Notes: generated from the letters alone by a model not told the origin. A stretch of DNA of 32,000 nucleotides from Clostridium oceanicum (GCF_039521385.1 NZ_BAAACG010000008.1:703438-735437), one strand, 5' to 3'; positions 9,063 through 18,186 are shown, counted from the first letter of the stretch. Numbers and translations are program-made.

Positions 9063-9313
9063 TTCATCACCCTTTGCAAAGTATATTTTATCTATTAGAT
9101 CTATTAAAATAAATAATAGGTCAAAGATCTAGGAATATTTATCTTTTAAAAATTTTTACCATATTTAAAATTGTAATTTTAATATATAAAATATACTAAT
9201 TTTCTTTTATTATAAAAAAATATATATATAAGACTCTAATTGTAGTACTAATTTTATATATAATAACTATATAACATTATATAACAATTAATATTAAGTA
9301 GCTAATATCACTA

Positions 9314-9343
9314 TAAAAAATAGCCCTTCCATACGGAAAGGCT
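9314..9343 (-). terminator. Intrinsic terminator downstream of the 160-aa membrane protein gene
   Basis: Stem AGCCCTTCC (9322..9330) / GGAAAGGCT (9335..9343) with one mismatch and loop ATAC. The A-run at 9315..9320 becomes a U-run after the hairpin on the minus strand. Confidence 0.6.
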
Positions 9344-9391
9344 TTAGGGAGAGAATTTTATATATACTAACTATTTATAAGTTAATTTCAT

Positions 9392-9455
9392 TAATAAATC
9401 ATAAATTTATATGCTATTAAAAAATATTTTGCTTAACTAATAAATCATAAATTTA
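9392..9455. repeat. Exact 18-bp direct repeat TAATAAATCATAAATTTA (9392..9409 and 9438..9455)
   Basis: Read directly from the sequence. The second copy contains the stop codon (9453..9455) of the gene at 9453..9932. The flanks of the two copies are unrelated. Confidence 0.8.
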
Positions 9456-9932
9456 AAAGTTTTCTATATTTTTATTTATAACATAAAATACTTTATCTTG
9501 TTCATCTTTTTTTAATTTTAGCTTTATAGTATTAAATCTTCTAAAAAAATCTATATCTTCTTTACCCTTTATTATAAGTGTACTTTTTAATCTTTCGTGC
9601 CAACCACAAGATTGTATATCTTCCCATTTTTTAAAATTACCTTCTATAAAAATTCCATTTTCCATTATTTCAAATCTTTCAGCACCATTATAAAATATTA
9701 CTATAGCAACAAATACTTCTATTATTTCATATGCACTATTATTCATAAGAGAGCATATTAGTATTGATACTCCCATAAATATCATAATCTTTTTTTCTAA
9801 TCCTCTTCTAATATTAACAACAACTCTACCGCCTATTTTACTCTTATACCATAAATTAATTAATGTAAGAACACACCAAGCTAAAAAAGTTATAAAAGCT
9901 AATATTAATAATATAATTTTAAAAAGATTCAT
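9453..9932 (-). CDS. Small membrane protein of unknown function (about 3 TM helices plus a ~75-aa C-terminal soluble domain)
   Basis: ORF track 9453..9938. The start is set at ATG 9932 (AAGGAGG 7 nt upstream). Hydrophobic stretches are LFKIILLILAFITFLAWCVLTLINLW, IMIFMGVSILICSL and IIEVFVAIVIFY. The C-terminal part FEIMENGIFIEGNFKKWEDIQSCGWHE...LIIKGKE could be a bacterial PH-like or DUF5673-like fold, but that is a low-confidence recollection. Confidence 0.65.
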   Translation of the reverse strand: MNLFKIILLILAFITFLAWCVLTLINLWYKSKIGGRVVVNIRRGLEKKIMIFMGVSILICSLMNNSAYEIIEVFVAIVIFYNGAERFEIMENGIFIEGNFKKWEDIQSCGWHERLKSTLIIKGKEDIDFFRRFNTIKLKLKKDEQDKVFYVINKNIENF

Positions 9933-10327
9933 GCCCAAACCTCCTTATGACATTTTTACCACAAACAAAATTAATAAAATTCTTTTGTTCCTTGTATTTT
10001 AAACTAATTCTATTAATGTAATTAATTTCCTTTTTATGTAAATTCATTATTGTAATTTTTAACTTTATTAATATTATCCCAATTATGTTATATTTTATAT
10101 AATACCTCTAAGTAAATTTTATTTATTTACATATTTACACAACCTTTTTATTACTATAAAATATATTTTTCATATATAAATTAACAACTTTTAAAACTTT
10201 ATGTCTATTTTAATTATCAATTTTTGTAATAAAATTTTGTACGAAAATTTAATATATTTAGTTCTAAAAAAATATATTAAGCATATTAAGATATATTAAA
10301 CACTTGAAAATAAAAAATAAATCAAAA

Positions 10328-10380
10328 ATAAAAGAAGCTATCTCAAAATAACTAAAAAATTTATTTTGAGAATTAGCCTC
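10328..10380 (-). terminator. Intrinsic terminator after the LemA-TPM genes
   Basis: Perfect 9-bp stem CTCAAAATA (10342..10350) / TATTTTGAG (10362..10370), extended by the imperfect GAAGCTA/TAGCCTC. On the minus strand it is followed by TTTTATTTTTG. Confidence 0.6.
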
Positions 10381-10415
10381 TTTTCATATTTTCATAAATT
10401 AAATTTTTATTTTTT

Positions 10416-11249
10416 TTACCAGCCGCCTGAAGATCCGCCTCCGCCAGAAGAACCTCCTCCGAAGCCTCCAAATCCACCGCCTCCGGAAGATCCTCCGCCA
10501 AAGCCTCCGAATCCTCCACCACCTCCAAAGTGGTCATCATCATCATTTCTTCTATGTCTACCAAATAAACTATTAAAAAAGATTATATTCAATAAAAATC
10601 TACTAACTCTACCTCTATTAAATATAAGATCTAGCATAAAAAGTCCTAATCCTATATATAGTGGTATTGGTGAACTTTTAGATTGTTTATTATTTGTATT
10701 TGGAAGGTTAACTTTCTCATTTTTATTTAACGTTACATTATATTCTTTTGCTACTTCATCTGCAAATACAGAATATGATTTTTTTATACCTTCACTATAA
10801 TTTCCTTTTTTAAATAAAGGAGTTAATACACTATCCATAACTCTAGCCGAATATATATCAGTAATTCTACCTTCAAGTCCTTTGCCTACTTCTATTCTCC
10901 ATTTTTTATCTTTCATAGAAATAAGCATCATTAATCCATTATTTTTATCTTTTTTACCTATTCCCCATTCTCTAAATAACTTATTAGAATAAGATTCTAA
11001 ATTTTGTCCTTCTAAAGAATTTATAACTACCACTGTAACTTCTGCTGTAGTTTTTTCTTCTAATTCCTTTCCTACAGATACTATAAATTCTTTTGTTTCA
11101 CTATCAATTGCACCTACATAATCATTAACATATTTTAAATTAGTAGGTTTTGGAAAACTATTTTCTGCTCTAACAGTAAAGCAATTTAAAAAGGATGAAA
11201 ATATAAAAACAATAAACAGGATAGAAAATCTTTTTAAAAATTTTTTCAT
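10416..11249 (-). CDS. TPM-domain (YgcG-like) membrane-anchored protein with Gly-rich C-terminal tail
   Basis: Signal peptide MKKFLKRFSILFIVFIFSSFLNCFTVRA, a TPM-type core (VNDYVGAIDSETKEFI ... MMLISMKDKKWRIEVGKGLEG), a TM segment PIPLYIGLGLFMLDLIF, and the tail DDDDHFGGGGGFGGFGGGSSGGGG... It lies 10 nt downstream of lemA, which is the usual LemA-TPM pairing. Confidence 0.85.
   Translation of the reverse strand: MKKFLKRFSILFIVFIFSSFLNCFTVRAENSFPKPTNLKYVNDYVGAIDSETKEFIVSVGKELEEKTTAEVTVVVINSLEGQNLESYSNKLFREWGIGKKDKNNGLMMLISMKDKKWRIEVGKGLEGRITDIYSARVMDSVLTPLFKKGNYSEGIKKSYSVFADEVAKEYNVTLNKNEKVNLPNTNNKQSKSSPIPLYIGLGLFMLDLIFNRGRVSRFLLNIIFFNSLFGRHRRNDDDDHFGGGGGFGGFGGGSSGGGGFGGFGGGSSGGGGSSGGW
10419..10532 (-). 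repeat. G+C-rich low-complexity coding repeat (Gly/Ser/Phe tail of the TPM protein)
   Basis: There are two 13-codon units encoding GFGGFGGGSSGGG: GGATTCGGAGGCTTTGGCGGAGGATCTTCCGGAGGCGGT and GGATTTGGAGGCTTCGGAGGAGGTTCTTCTGGCGGAGGC. They differ only at synonymous third positions. Confidence 0.85.
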
Positions 11250-11259
11250 ATTGATCTAC

Positions 11260-11829
11260 CTACTTTGAAAAATCTACTTTTGGAACTTTTTTAGCAGCTT
11301 CATCCGCTTTAAAATAAGTTTTAGTTTCAAATCTAAATATTGAAGCAACTATAGAATTTGGAAATTTCTTTATAGATGTATTATAACTATTTACCTCTTT
11401 ATTATAATCCTGTCTTGCTATTGCTATTCTATTTTCTGTACCCTCTAAAGCTACAGATAAATCTCTAAAGTTTTGATTAGATTTTAAATTTGGATATCTT
11501 TCTACTACAACTAATAATCTTGAAAGTGCAGAAGACAACTGATTATTAGCATCTGATTTTTGTGAAATATTTTGTGCTCCTGCAAGTTTAGATCTAGCAT
11601 TAGCAATATCTGTATAAATTTCTTTTTCTTGTTTTGCATATCCCTTAACAGTTTCTACTAAATTTCCTATTAAGTCAGATCTTCTTTGAAGATTTGTATC
11701 AATATTTGATTCTGCTTGAGTAACTGTTTGATCCAAAGATACCAATTTATTATAAGTACCTATTAAAGGTAAAAATAATAGCAATATAACACCTATAACT
11801 ATTATTGTATTTCTTAATCCTTTTTTCAT
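11260..11829 (-). CDS. lemA: LemA-family membrane protein
   Basis: An N-terminal TM segment followed by YNKLVSLDQTVTQAESNIDTNLQRRSDLIGNLVETVKGYAKQE, the hallmark LemA block. The start is set at ATG 11829 (GGAGGGAG upstream); the track start is an upstream TTG. Confidence 0.88.
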   Translation of the reverse strand: MKKGLRNTIIVIGVILLLFLPLIGTYNKLVSLDQTVTQAESNIDTNLQRRSDLIGNLVETVKGYAKQEKEIYTDIANARSKLAGAQNISQKSDANNQLSSALSRLLVVVERYPNLKSNQNFRDLSVALEGTENRIAIARQDYNKEVNSYNTSIKKFPNSIVASIFRFETKTYFKADEAAKKVPKVDFSK

Positions 11830-11865
11830 ATAAGCTCCCTCCAAACAAATTTTTTACAAATAATA

Positions 11866-13314
11866 TTATTTTTTAATTTCCTTTATACTCTCTCCTATTA
11901 TTTTTATTCCTTTTTTTATGTCTTCTATACTTAATCTTGAAATTCCAAGTCTAAAGGAGTTATCTCCTTTATTATCTACATAAAATATATCTCCTGGAGT
12001 AAATACAACTCCTTTTTTATAGCACCTATCTAATACATCCCTAGATTTTATATCTTTTAATTTTATGAATATATGAAGACCACCTTCTCCTAATATATCT
12101 TCAGCTTCAATATATTCTCTTGCATATTTAAGTGCTATTTCATATTTATTTTTATATATTTTTCTAGCTTTTTTTATATATTTCTCAAAATTGCCTTCTT
12201 TTAAATATTGGTACAATATAGCCTGATCTAAAAATGAAGTATGAATGTTTTTACTTCTTTTTACACTTTCTAAGTAATTTATAAGGTCACTATCTCCTAA
12301 TATCCAACCAATCCTAATTCCTGGGAAAAGTATCTTTGAAAAGCTACCTAAATAAACTATTCCATTACTTTTACCTGCAAGTGCAGCTATTGGAGATACA
12401 TGATCTCCAGAATATCTTAATTCCTCATTAAACCCATCCTCTATTATAGGTATATTATGTGATTTTAATATATTATATACTTCTATTCTTTTCTTTGGAG
12501 ACATAACAATACCTGTAGGATTATGGTAAGAAGGTATAAGATACATAAGCTTTATGTTTTGATTATCTTCTAAAACTTTTTTAAGGCTATCAATATTAAC
12601 TCCATCTTTATCTAAATCAATGCCAATTGGATTAATACCGTGAAGCTTCATTATTTTTATAGCAGTATTATGAGTTGGATTTTCACATAAAATTTTATCA
12701 CCCTTATTTACTAAGCAATCTAAAATTATATCAAAAGCTTCTGTAAATCCATTTGTTATTAGTATCTTTTTATTAGAAGTATCTATACCTTTATTTTTCA
12801 TATAATCAATTAAATATTCTATTAAATACTTATAGCCTATAGCATATCCATAATTTAATATTTTTTCTCTTTCCAAAGACATTATATTTAAAAAAGATTT
12901 TTTAAATTCTTCTACGTCAAATAAATTTTCATCAGGAGATATACTTTTAAAAGATATCATTCCTTTTTTCCAAGGAACTTCATGCTTTATTATATCTAGT
13001 TTTTCAGCAGACTTACCATAATCATTTATAAGTCTATCCCATTTTATATTCCAGTTATCTTTTTTCAAATTTATACTTACATCGCATACAAAAGCCCCCT
13101 TTCCTCTTTTTGTATATATAAGACCTTCATCTTGAAGATACTCATATGCATATATAATTGTATTTCTACTAACCTTTAACATATTAGATAGCTCTCTTGT
13201 TGAAGGTAATTTTTCTTCTTTTCTTATCATCCCATTTAATATCATAGATTTTATGTAATTCCCTATTTGTATATAAACAGGGGAGTTTTTGTCCAGTTTT
13301 ATATCAAATAACAT
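11866..13314 (-). CDS. MocR/GabR-family regulator (GntR wHTH fused to a PLP-dependent aminotransferase-fold domain)
   Basis: N-terminal LPSTRELSNMLKVSRNTIIYAYEYLQDEGLIYTKRGKGAFV (GntR HTH) and a C-terminal fold-type-I aminotransferase region with SFSKILFPGIRIGW (PLP lysine context). Confidence 0.88.
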   Translation of the reverse strand: MLFDIKLDKNSPVYIQIGNYIKSMILNGMIRKEEKLPSTRELSNMLKVSRNTIIYAYEYLQDEGLIYTKRGKGAFVCDVSINLKKDNWNIKWDRLINDYGKSAEKLDIIKHEVPWKKGMISFKSISPDENLFDVEEFKKSFLNIMSLEREKILNYGYAIGYKYLIEYLIDYMKNKGIDTSNKKILITNGFTEAFDIILDCLVNKGDKILCENPTHNTAIKIMKLHGINPIGIDLDKDGVNIDSLKKVLEDNQNIKLMYLIPSYHNPTGIVMSPKKRIEVYNILKSHNIPIIEDGFNEELRYSGDHVSPIAALAGKSNGIVYLGSFSKILFPGIRIGWILGDSDLINYLESVKRSKNIHTSFLDQAILYQYLKEGNFEKYIKKARKIYKNKYEIALKYAREYIEAEDILGEGGLHIFIKLKDIKSRDVLDRCYKKGVVFTPGDIFYVDNKGDNSFRLGISRLSIEDIKKGIKIIGESIKEIKK

Positions 13315-13360
13315 TAAATCACCTCTCTTTAATTTTCACATAAATAAAAAACTAGTGCAA

Positions 13361-13393
13361 TAAAAAAAGATTCTCTAATTTTTTAGAGAATCC
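13361..13393 (-). terminator. Intrinsic terminator after ddl
   Basis: Stem GATTCTCTA (13369..13377) / TAGAGAATC (13384..13392). The A7 run at 13362..13368 gives a U-run after the hairpin on the minus strand. Confidence 0.75.
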
Positions 13394-13430
13394 TTTCAAA
13401 GTTATATATCTATATATTTTTACATAAAAA

Positions 13431-14330
13431 TTATCTTTCTACTTTTAAAGAATCTTGTATCATAACATCTAATAAATCTGAAAAAGACATATTCACTGCA
13501 TTTGCACTCTTAGGAAATAAACTATTTTTAGTCATTCCTGGTAATGTATTTAATTCTAGTACATAAGGAATAGAATCTTTAACTATCATATCTACTCTAA
13601 CATAAACATCACATTTTAATACTTTCCAGCAACCTAATGCCATTTTTTCTACTTGTTTATGAAGTTTTTCCTCTAAATCTACTATAACTTCTTCTGAACT
13701 TCCATCATATTTACATTTTAAATCAAAGAACTCTCCATTAGGTTTTATAGCTATAACTGGAAGCATCTTTTCATTTAACATACAACAAGTTATTTCTTCG
13801 CCTTTTATATATTGTTCTATCATAACTTCTTTATCATATTTTAATGCTAACTCTACAGCTTCTTTTAAACCTTCTTTTGATTTTATTAAATTAGTAGCTA
13901 CACTAGAACCTCCACTATTAGGTTTAACAAAAACTGGATAGCCCATTTTTTCTACTGCTTCATAATCTATTTCATCTATTTTAGTTACATTAATCCAATC
14001 TGCTGTATTAATATCTGCACTTTTAAGCATTCTTTTTGTAACATCTTTATCCATACAAATACCACTTGTTAATGGTCCACATCCTGAATAAGGTATGTCT
14101 AAAGTTTGAAGGACTGATTGCACTTCTCCATCTTCCCCAAATTTCCCATGAAGAGCTATAAAAGCAAAATCTAAACCTTTTGATTTTTCTACAATATCTT
14201 CTTTTTTATCTATAACTACAGGAACTACATCATATTTATCAGAATCTATATATTTCATTATCTCTTTACCTGAATTTAAAGATATTTCTCTTTCTGAAGA
14301 TATACCTCCCATTACTACTCCTATTTTCAT
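13431..14330 (-). CDS. ddl: D-alanine--D-alanine ligase
   Basis: [21 protein letters not shown] at the N-terminus and ATP-grasp blocks [15 protein letters not shown] and [21 protein letters not shown] lies upstream of ATG 14330. Confidence 0.9.
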   Translation of the reverse strand: MKIGVVMGGISSEREISLNSGKEIMKYIDSDKYDVVPVVIDKKEDIVEKSKGLDFAFIALHGKFGEDGEVQSVLQTLDIPYSGCGPLTSGICMDKDVTKRMLKSADINTADWINVTKIDEIDYEAVEKMGYPVFVKPNSGGSSVATNLIKSKEGLKEAVELALKYDKEVMIEQYIKGEEITCCMLNEKMLPVIAIKPNGEFFDLKCKYDGSSEEVIVDLEEKLHKQVEKMALGCWKVLKCDVYVRVDMIVKDSIPYVLELNTLPGMTKNSLFPKSANAVNMSFSDLLDVMIQDSLKVER

Positions 14331-14471
14331 ATATACTCCTCCAATACTCTCTGGTATTTAATTACCCTCTTAATTCATTTTATACATTTATAAAATATAA
14401 TAAAGTACCACTACTAAACTTTTTTTGTACAAATGTGGTTTAAATTCATATTTCATATAAATCTTAAAATA

Positions 14472-14505
14472 TTGAAAATGTTATCTTTTAAGTATACAAT
14501 ATAAT
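14472..14505 (+). promoter_or_regulatory. Sigma-A-type promoter of the thiamine salvage operon
   Basis: TTGAAA (14472..14477), 17 nt, TACAAT (14495..14500). An overlapping perfect TATAAT at 14500..14505 has a poor -35. Either choice places the transcription start just upstream of the riboswitch. Confidence 0.55.
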
Positions 14506-14524
14506 TGTAAAATTAAATACCTTT

Positions 14525-14611
14525 GTTACGGGGGTGCCTATTTGGCTGAGAAGAGCATAAGTTCTAACCCTTTGAACCTGATACCAGATAATACTGGCGA
14601 AGGGAAGTAGT
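14525..14611 (+). promoter_or_regulatory. TPP (THI-box) riboswitch aptamer
   Basis: GGGGTGCC...GGCTGAGA...ACCCTTTGAACCTGATACCAGATAATACTGGCGAAGGGAAG matches the conserved THI-box core (CTGAGA, ACCCTTTGAACCTGAT, TAATACTGGCGAAGGGAA). It sits directly upstream of thiD. Confidence 0.92.
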
Positions 14612-14642
14612 ATAATATCTACATATTATATATAATAAAACC

Positions 14643-14673
14643 ATGCTGCTTTTCTTACAAGTGGCATTTTTTT
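14643..14673 (+). terminator. Candidate riboswitch expression-platform terminator
   Basis: ATGCTGC (14643..14649) / GTGGCAT (14661..14667) form a 7-bp stem that includes two G-U pairs, with an 11-nt loop, followed by T7. It is a weak stem, so the control mechanism is uncertain. Confidence 0.45.
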
Positions 14674-14747
14674 ATTAAAAATAACAAGATTTAATTTAAG
14701 ATATAAACTAAAATTCAAACTTAATCATAAACTAGGAGGTACTTAAT

Positions 14748-15551
14748 ATGAAAAATGTTTTAACAATAGCTGGATCAGATAGCTCAGGTGGTGCAGGTAT
14801 ACAAGCGGATTTAAAAACTATGAGCGCGTTAGGCGTATTTGGTATGAGTGTAATAACTGCAGTAACAGCTCAAAATACTTTAGGAGTGGTTGATGTACAA
14901 GACATTGATAAAAAAATTGTAGAAGCTCAAATAAAATGTATTTTTGATGATATAAATGTAGATGCAGTAAAAATAGGAATGGTTTCAAACAGTGAAATAA
15001 TTGAAACTATAACAAACCTACTTAAAGAATACAAAGCTAAAAATATAGTTGTAGACCCTGTTATGATATCCAAAAGTGGCTACTTTTTATTAAAACCTGA
15101 AGCTGTAGAAAAAATAAAAGAACTTATTTCTATAGCTGATGTAGTAACCCCTAATATTCCAGAAGCAGAAACATTAACTGATATGAAAATAAAAGATGAA
15201 GAAGATATGAAAAAAGCTGCCTTAGAAATATCTAAGATGGGACCAAAATATGTTCTTATAAAAGGCGGTCACAGATGTAATGATGCTAATGATATTTTAT
15301 ATACTGGAAAAGATTTTATAAAAATAGAAGGTAGTAGAATCCAAACAAAAAATACTCATGGAACAGGATGTACACTTTCTTCATCTATAGCTTCATATTT
15401 AGCAAAAAATCACAGTATTGAAACTGCTGTTAAAAAATCAAAAGATTATATTACAAAAGCTATAGAAAATTCTTTTTCAATAGGAAAAGGCGTTGGCCCT
15501 GTAGGTCATTTAGTTGAACTTTATAAAGAAGCTGGTGTAGATTTTGAATAA
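14748..15551 (+). CDS. thiD: Hydroxymethylpyrimidine/phosphomethylpyrimidine kinase
   Basis: VLTIAGSDSSGGAGIQADLKT and the C-terminal HGTGCTLSSSIA motif. AGGAGGT RBS is upstream. Confidence 0.92.
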   Translation: MKNVLTIAGSDSSGGAGIQADLKTMSALGVFGMSVITAVTAQNTLGVVDVQDIDKKIVEAQIKCIFDDINVDAVKIGMVSNSEIIETITNLLKEYKAKNIVVDPVMISKSGYFLLKPEAVEKIKELISIADVVTPNIPEAETLTDMKIKDEEDMKKAALEISKMGPKYVLIKGGHRCNDANDILYTGKDFIKIEGSRIQTKNTHGTGCTLSSSIASYLAKNHSIETAVKKSKDYITKAIENSFSIGKGVGPVGHLVELYKEAGVDFE

Positions 15552-16716
15552 CTCAAATAAAATAAAAAATCCATCTATGTTTTTACTTTGGATTGGAGCA
15601 TCTATCTCTATAGCAGAAATATATACAGGCTCTGTTATAGCCCCTTTAGGTATTTCTAAAGGACTTTTAGCTATAATACTTGGACACATATTAGGAACAT
15701 TATTATTGTCTTTTGGTGGATATATATCATTTTCTAATAAATGTACTGCTATGGAATCAATACATAATTCCCTAGGTTCTTTAGGTGCAAAAATAGTCTC
15801 TATTATAAATGTAATGCAACTTCTTGGTTGGTCTGCCATAATGATAATTCAAGGAGGACGAGCTATTGGCCCTATTTTATCTATATCTTACAAAACATCC
15901 CTACTGATTGTTTCTGTAATAGTTATAATATGGTCTTACTCATTTTTTAATTATTCTAAAAAAGTTAATGATATTTGTGTTATTTCATTAATAATTTTAT
16001 GTATATTTATGTTTTCTAAAATAGATTTATCTAAATCTATAGAGCTTAGGGGAAACTTAAATTTCACTACAGCTTTAGAACTTTCAATTGCAATGCCTGT
16101 TTCTTGGTTACCTGTAATTGGTGATTTTACTAAGAATGGAACTAGTAAAAAAGGAGTGCTTTTTTCTAGCTTTTTAGGTTACTTTATAGGCAGTACTGCA
16201 ATGTTTATGTTTGGTTTTTTTGTAACCATATTTACTGGAAAAGATATTGTTGAATTTATATCTTCCATTGGAATACTAGGTGGTTTAGTTATACTTCTTT
16301 CAACTGTAACTACAACCTTTATAGATATATACTCTGCAGTTATTTCTTCCAAACAAATATTTGAAATTAAAACTGAAAATAAATATATAATTCTTTATTC
16401 TATATTAGCTTCGATTGTAGCTTTCATATTTCCTATGGAAAACTATGAAAATTTTCTCTTAATTATAGGAAGCGTATTCGTTCCAGTTTATAGTGTAGTA
16501 TTTTTAAATTATTTATTAAGAAAAGTTAAATCTCCAAAATTTCATACTATAGGAATAATTTCAGCTTTAATAGGAATAGGCTTATTTAACTATTTCAATA
16601 AAATTTCTTTTGGAATACCAACTTTGCTAACTATTCTATGTATATCAATTATATATATAAGTTTAATAAAAATATTTAATATAAGAGGTGTAAAAAATGG
16701 ACAAGCAAGTATTTAA
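15544..16716 (+). CDS. cytX: NCS1-type permease, putative hydroxymethylpyrimidine transporter (CytX-like)
   Basis: About 12 TM segments with an N-terminal LWIGASISIAEIYTG block typical of CytX/NCS1. It is embedded in the thi operon under the TPP riboswitch. The start is ambiguous: TTG 15544 overlaps the thiD stop, and ATG 15577 is the alternative. Confidence 0.75.
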   Translation: MNNSNKIKNPSMFLLWIGASISIAEIYTGSVIAPLGISKGLLAIILGHILGTLLLSFGGYISFSNKCTAMESIHNSLGSLGAKIVSIINVMQLLGWSAIMIIQGGRAIGPILSISYKTSLLIVSVIVIIWSYSFFNYSKKVNDICVISLIILCIFMFSKIDLSKSIELRGNLNFTTALELSIAMPVSWLPVIGDFTKNGTSKKGVLFSSFLGYFIGSTAMFMFGFFVTIFTGKDIVEFISSIGILGGLVILLSTVTTTFIDIYSAVISSKQIFEIKTENKYIILYSILASIVAFIFPMENYENFLLIIGSVFVPVYSVVFLNYLLRKVKSPKFHTIGIISALIGIGLFNYFNKISFGIPTLLTILCISIIYISLIKIFNIRGVKNGQASI

Positions 16717-17494
16717 TGTGTTAAAAGAAGTTCAAGAAAAAACCCCTTTAGTTCATGCTATAACTAATTATGTAACAATAAATGACTGTGCTAATATTCT
16801 TTTATCTTTTGGTGCATCCCCTGCTATGTGTGAAGCTTATGATGAAGTATATGATTTTGTTAAACTATCTTCTGCTTTATATATAAATTTAGGTACACTA
16901 ACTAAAGAACAAGAAACTGCTGCTGTTTTAGCTAGCACATCTGCTAAAAATAACAACGTTCCTGTAGTATTAGATCCCGTTGGCTGTCCTGCTATGAAAA
17001 GAAAAGTAGAAGTTATAAACAGAATAAAAGAAGTGGGAAGAATAGACGTAATAAAAGGTAATATAGGAGAAATTAAATTCTTAGCCGGAATGAATTCAGA
17101 AACTCGTGGAGTAGACTCTTTAGATAATGGAGAGGACGCTCTAGAAGCCTGCCAAAAACTTGCTAAAGATTTTAACTGCACCGTTGCAGCTACTGGAGAA
17201 AAAGATTATATCTCTAATGGTACTAAAAACTGTATTATCGAAAATGGCAGTGAATTACTTACTAAAGTAACAGGCGCCGGTTGTATGCTTGGAGCTTTAT
17301 GTTCTGCTACTTGTGGAGCGTTTGAAGATAAATTTGTAGCTACCGTTTCTGCTATATTATCTATGAACATAGCAGGAGAAAAAGCTTATAAAACTGCTAA
17401 ACTTCCTGGAAGTTTTAAGGTAGCTTTAATAGATAGTATATATACTTTATCTGATGAAGAAATTTGGAAAGAAGGTAATGTAACATGGAAATAG
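16697..17494 (+). CDS. thiM: Hydroxyethylthiazole kinase
   Basis: [28 protein letters not shown] and [11 protein letters not shown] motifs. It overlaps the cytX end and the thiE start. Confidence 0.92.
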   Translation: MDKQVFNVLKEVQEKTPLVHAITNYVTINDCANILLSFGASPAMCEAYDEVYDFVKLSSALYINLGTLTKEQETAAVLASTSAKNNNVPVVLDPVGCPAMKRKVEVINRIKEVGRIDVIKGNIGEIKFLAGMNSETRGVDSLDNGEDALEACQKLAKDFNCTVAATGEKDYISNGTKNCIIENGSELLTKVTGAGCMLGALCSATCGAFEDKFVATVSAILSMNIAGEKAYKTAKLPGSFKVALIDSIYTLSDEEIWKEGNVTWK

Positions 17495-18099
17495 ATTATA
17501 GTCTTTATTTAGTAACAGACAGAAGATTTTTAAAAGGAAGAAGCTTAAAAAAAGTAGTAGAAGATTCAATTTTAGGCGGAGTAACAATGGTTCAAGTTAG
17601 AGAAAAAGATGTATCCACAAGAAAATTTTTTAATATAGCAAAAGAAGTTCAAGAAGTTACTGATTATTATAAAATTCCTCTAATTATAAACGATAGAATT
17701 GACATTGCTCAGGCTCTTGATACTACTGGAGTACATCTAGGTCAAAGTGATATGGAACTTAGCATAGCAAGAAAAATATTAGGAAAAAACAAAATAATAG
17801 GAATATCTGCAGGTTCTATAAAAGAAGCTATAGATGCTCAAAATGGAGGAGCTGACTATTTAGGAATAGGAGCTATTTTCCCTACTGGAAGTAAAAAAGA
17901 TGTATCTAGTATTTTAAGATTAGATGGATTAAAAGAAATACAAAATAATGTAACTATTCCTTCTGTAGCTATTGGCGGTATAAATAAATCTAATTTTAAA
18001 GATGTTTTATCCACAGGTGTTAATGGAATTTCAGTTATTTCTGCTATTTTAGGGGAAGATGACATAAAAACCGCTTCTAAAAATCTTCTTTTAAAATAA
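17485..18099 (+). CDS. thiE: Thiamine-phosphate synthase
   Basis: [24 protein letters not shown] and VAIGGI blocks. Confidence 0.92.
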   Translation: MEIDYSLYLVTDRRFLKGRSLKKVVEDSILGGVTMVQVREKDVSTRKFFNIAKEVQEVTDYYKIPLIINDRIDIAQALDTTGVHLGQSDMELSIARKILGKNKIIGISAGSIKEAIDAQNGGADYLGIGAIFPTGSKKDVSSILRLDGLKEIQNNVTIPSVAIGGINKSNFKDVLSTGVNGISVISAILGEDDIKTASKNLLLK

Positions 18100-18156
18100 T
18101 TAAGGGATATAAAAATTTTATTAAGATGTTATTATAAGTTATAACTATAACCATTT

Positions 18157-18186
18157 AAAAATCCCACATACAACTGTGGGATTTTT
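18157..18186. terminator. Bidirectional intrinsic terminator between convergent thiE and arsC
   Basis: AAAAATCCCACA (18157..18168) / TGTGGGATTTTT (18175..18186) with loop TACAAC. Confidence 0.85.

Noticed and set aside
9097-9135. TAGATCTA / AGATCTA motifs upstream of sbcD, considered as an operator or SOS box.
   Set aside because: They do not resemble the Firmicute LexA (Cheo) box GAAC-N4-GTTC. They are short palindromes that double as BglII sites, and nothing supports a regulatory role.
10366-10800. A Pro-rich 144-aa plus-strand ORF (PPEDPPPPEEPPPKPPNPPPP...) and the 63-aa minus-strand ORF at 10373..10564.
   Set aside because: The plus-strand ORF is a shadow frame of the Gly-rich (GGN) tail of the TPM gene read on the opposite strand, and 10373..10564 is an alternative minus-strand frame of the same tail. 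Neither has an RBS, and both lie almost entirely inside a well-supported CDS.
18007-18015. A perfect DnaA-box-like TTATCCACA.
   Set aside because: It is a single copy inside the thiE coding sequence with no cluster or AT-rich unwinding element context. It is most likely chance.
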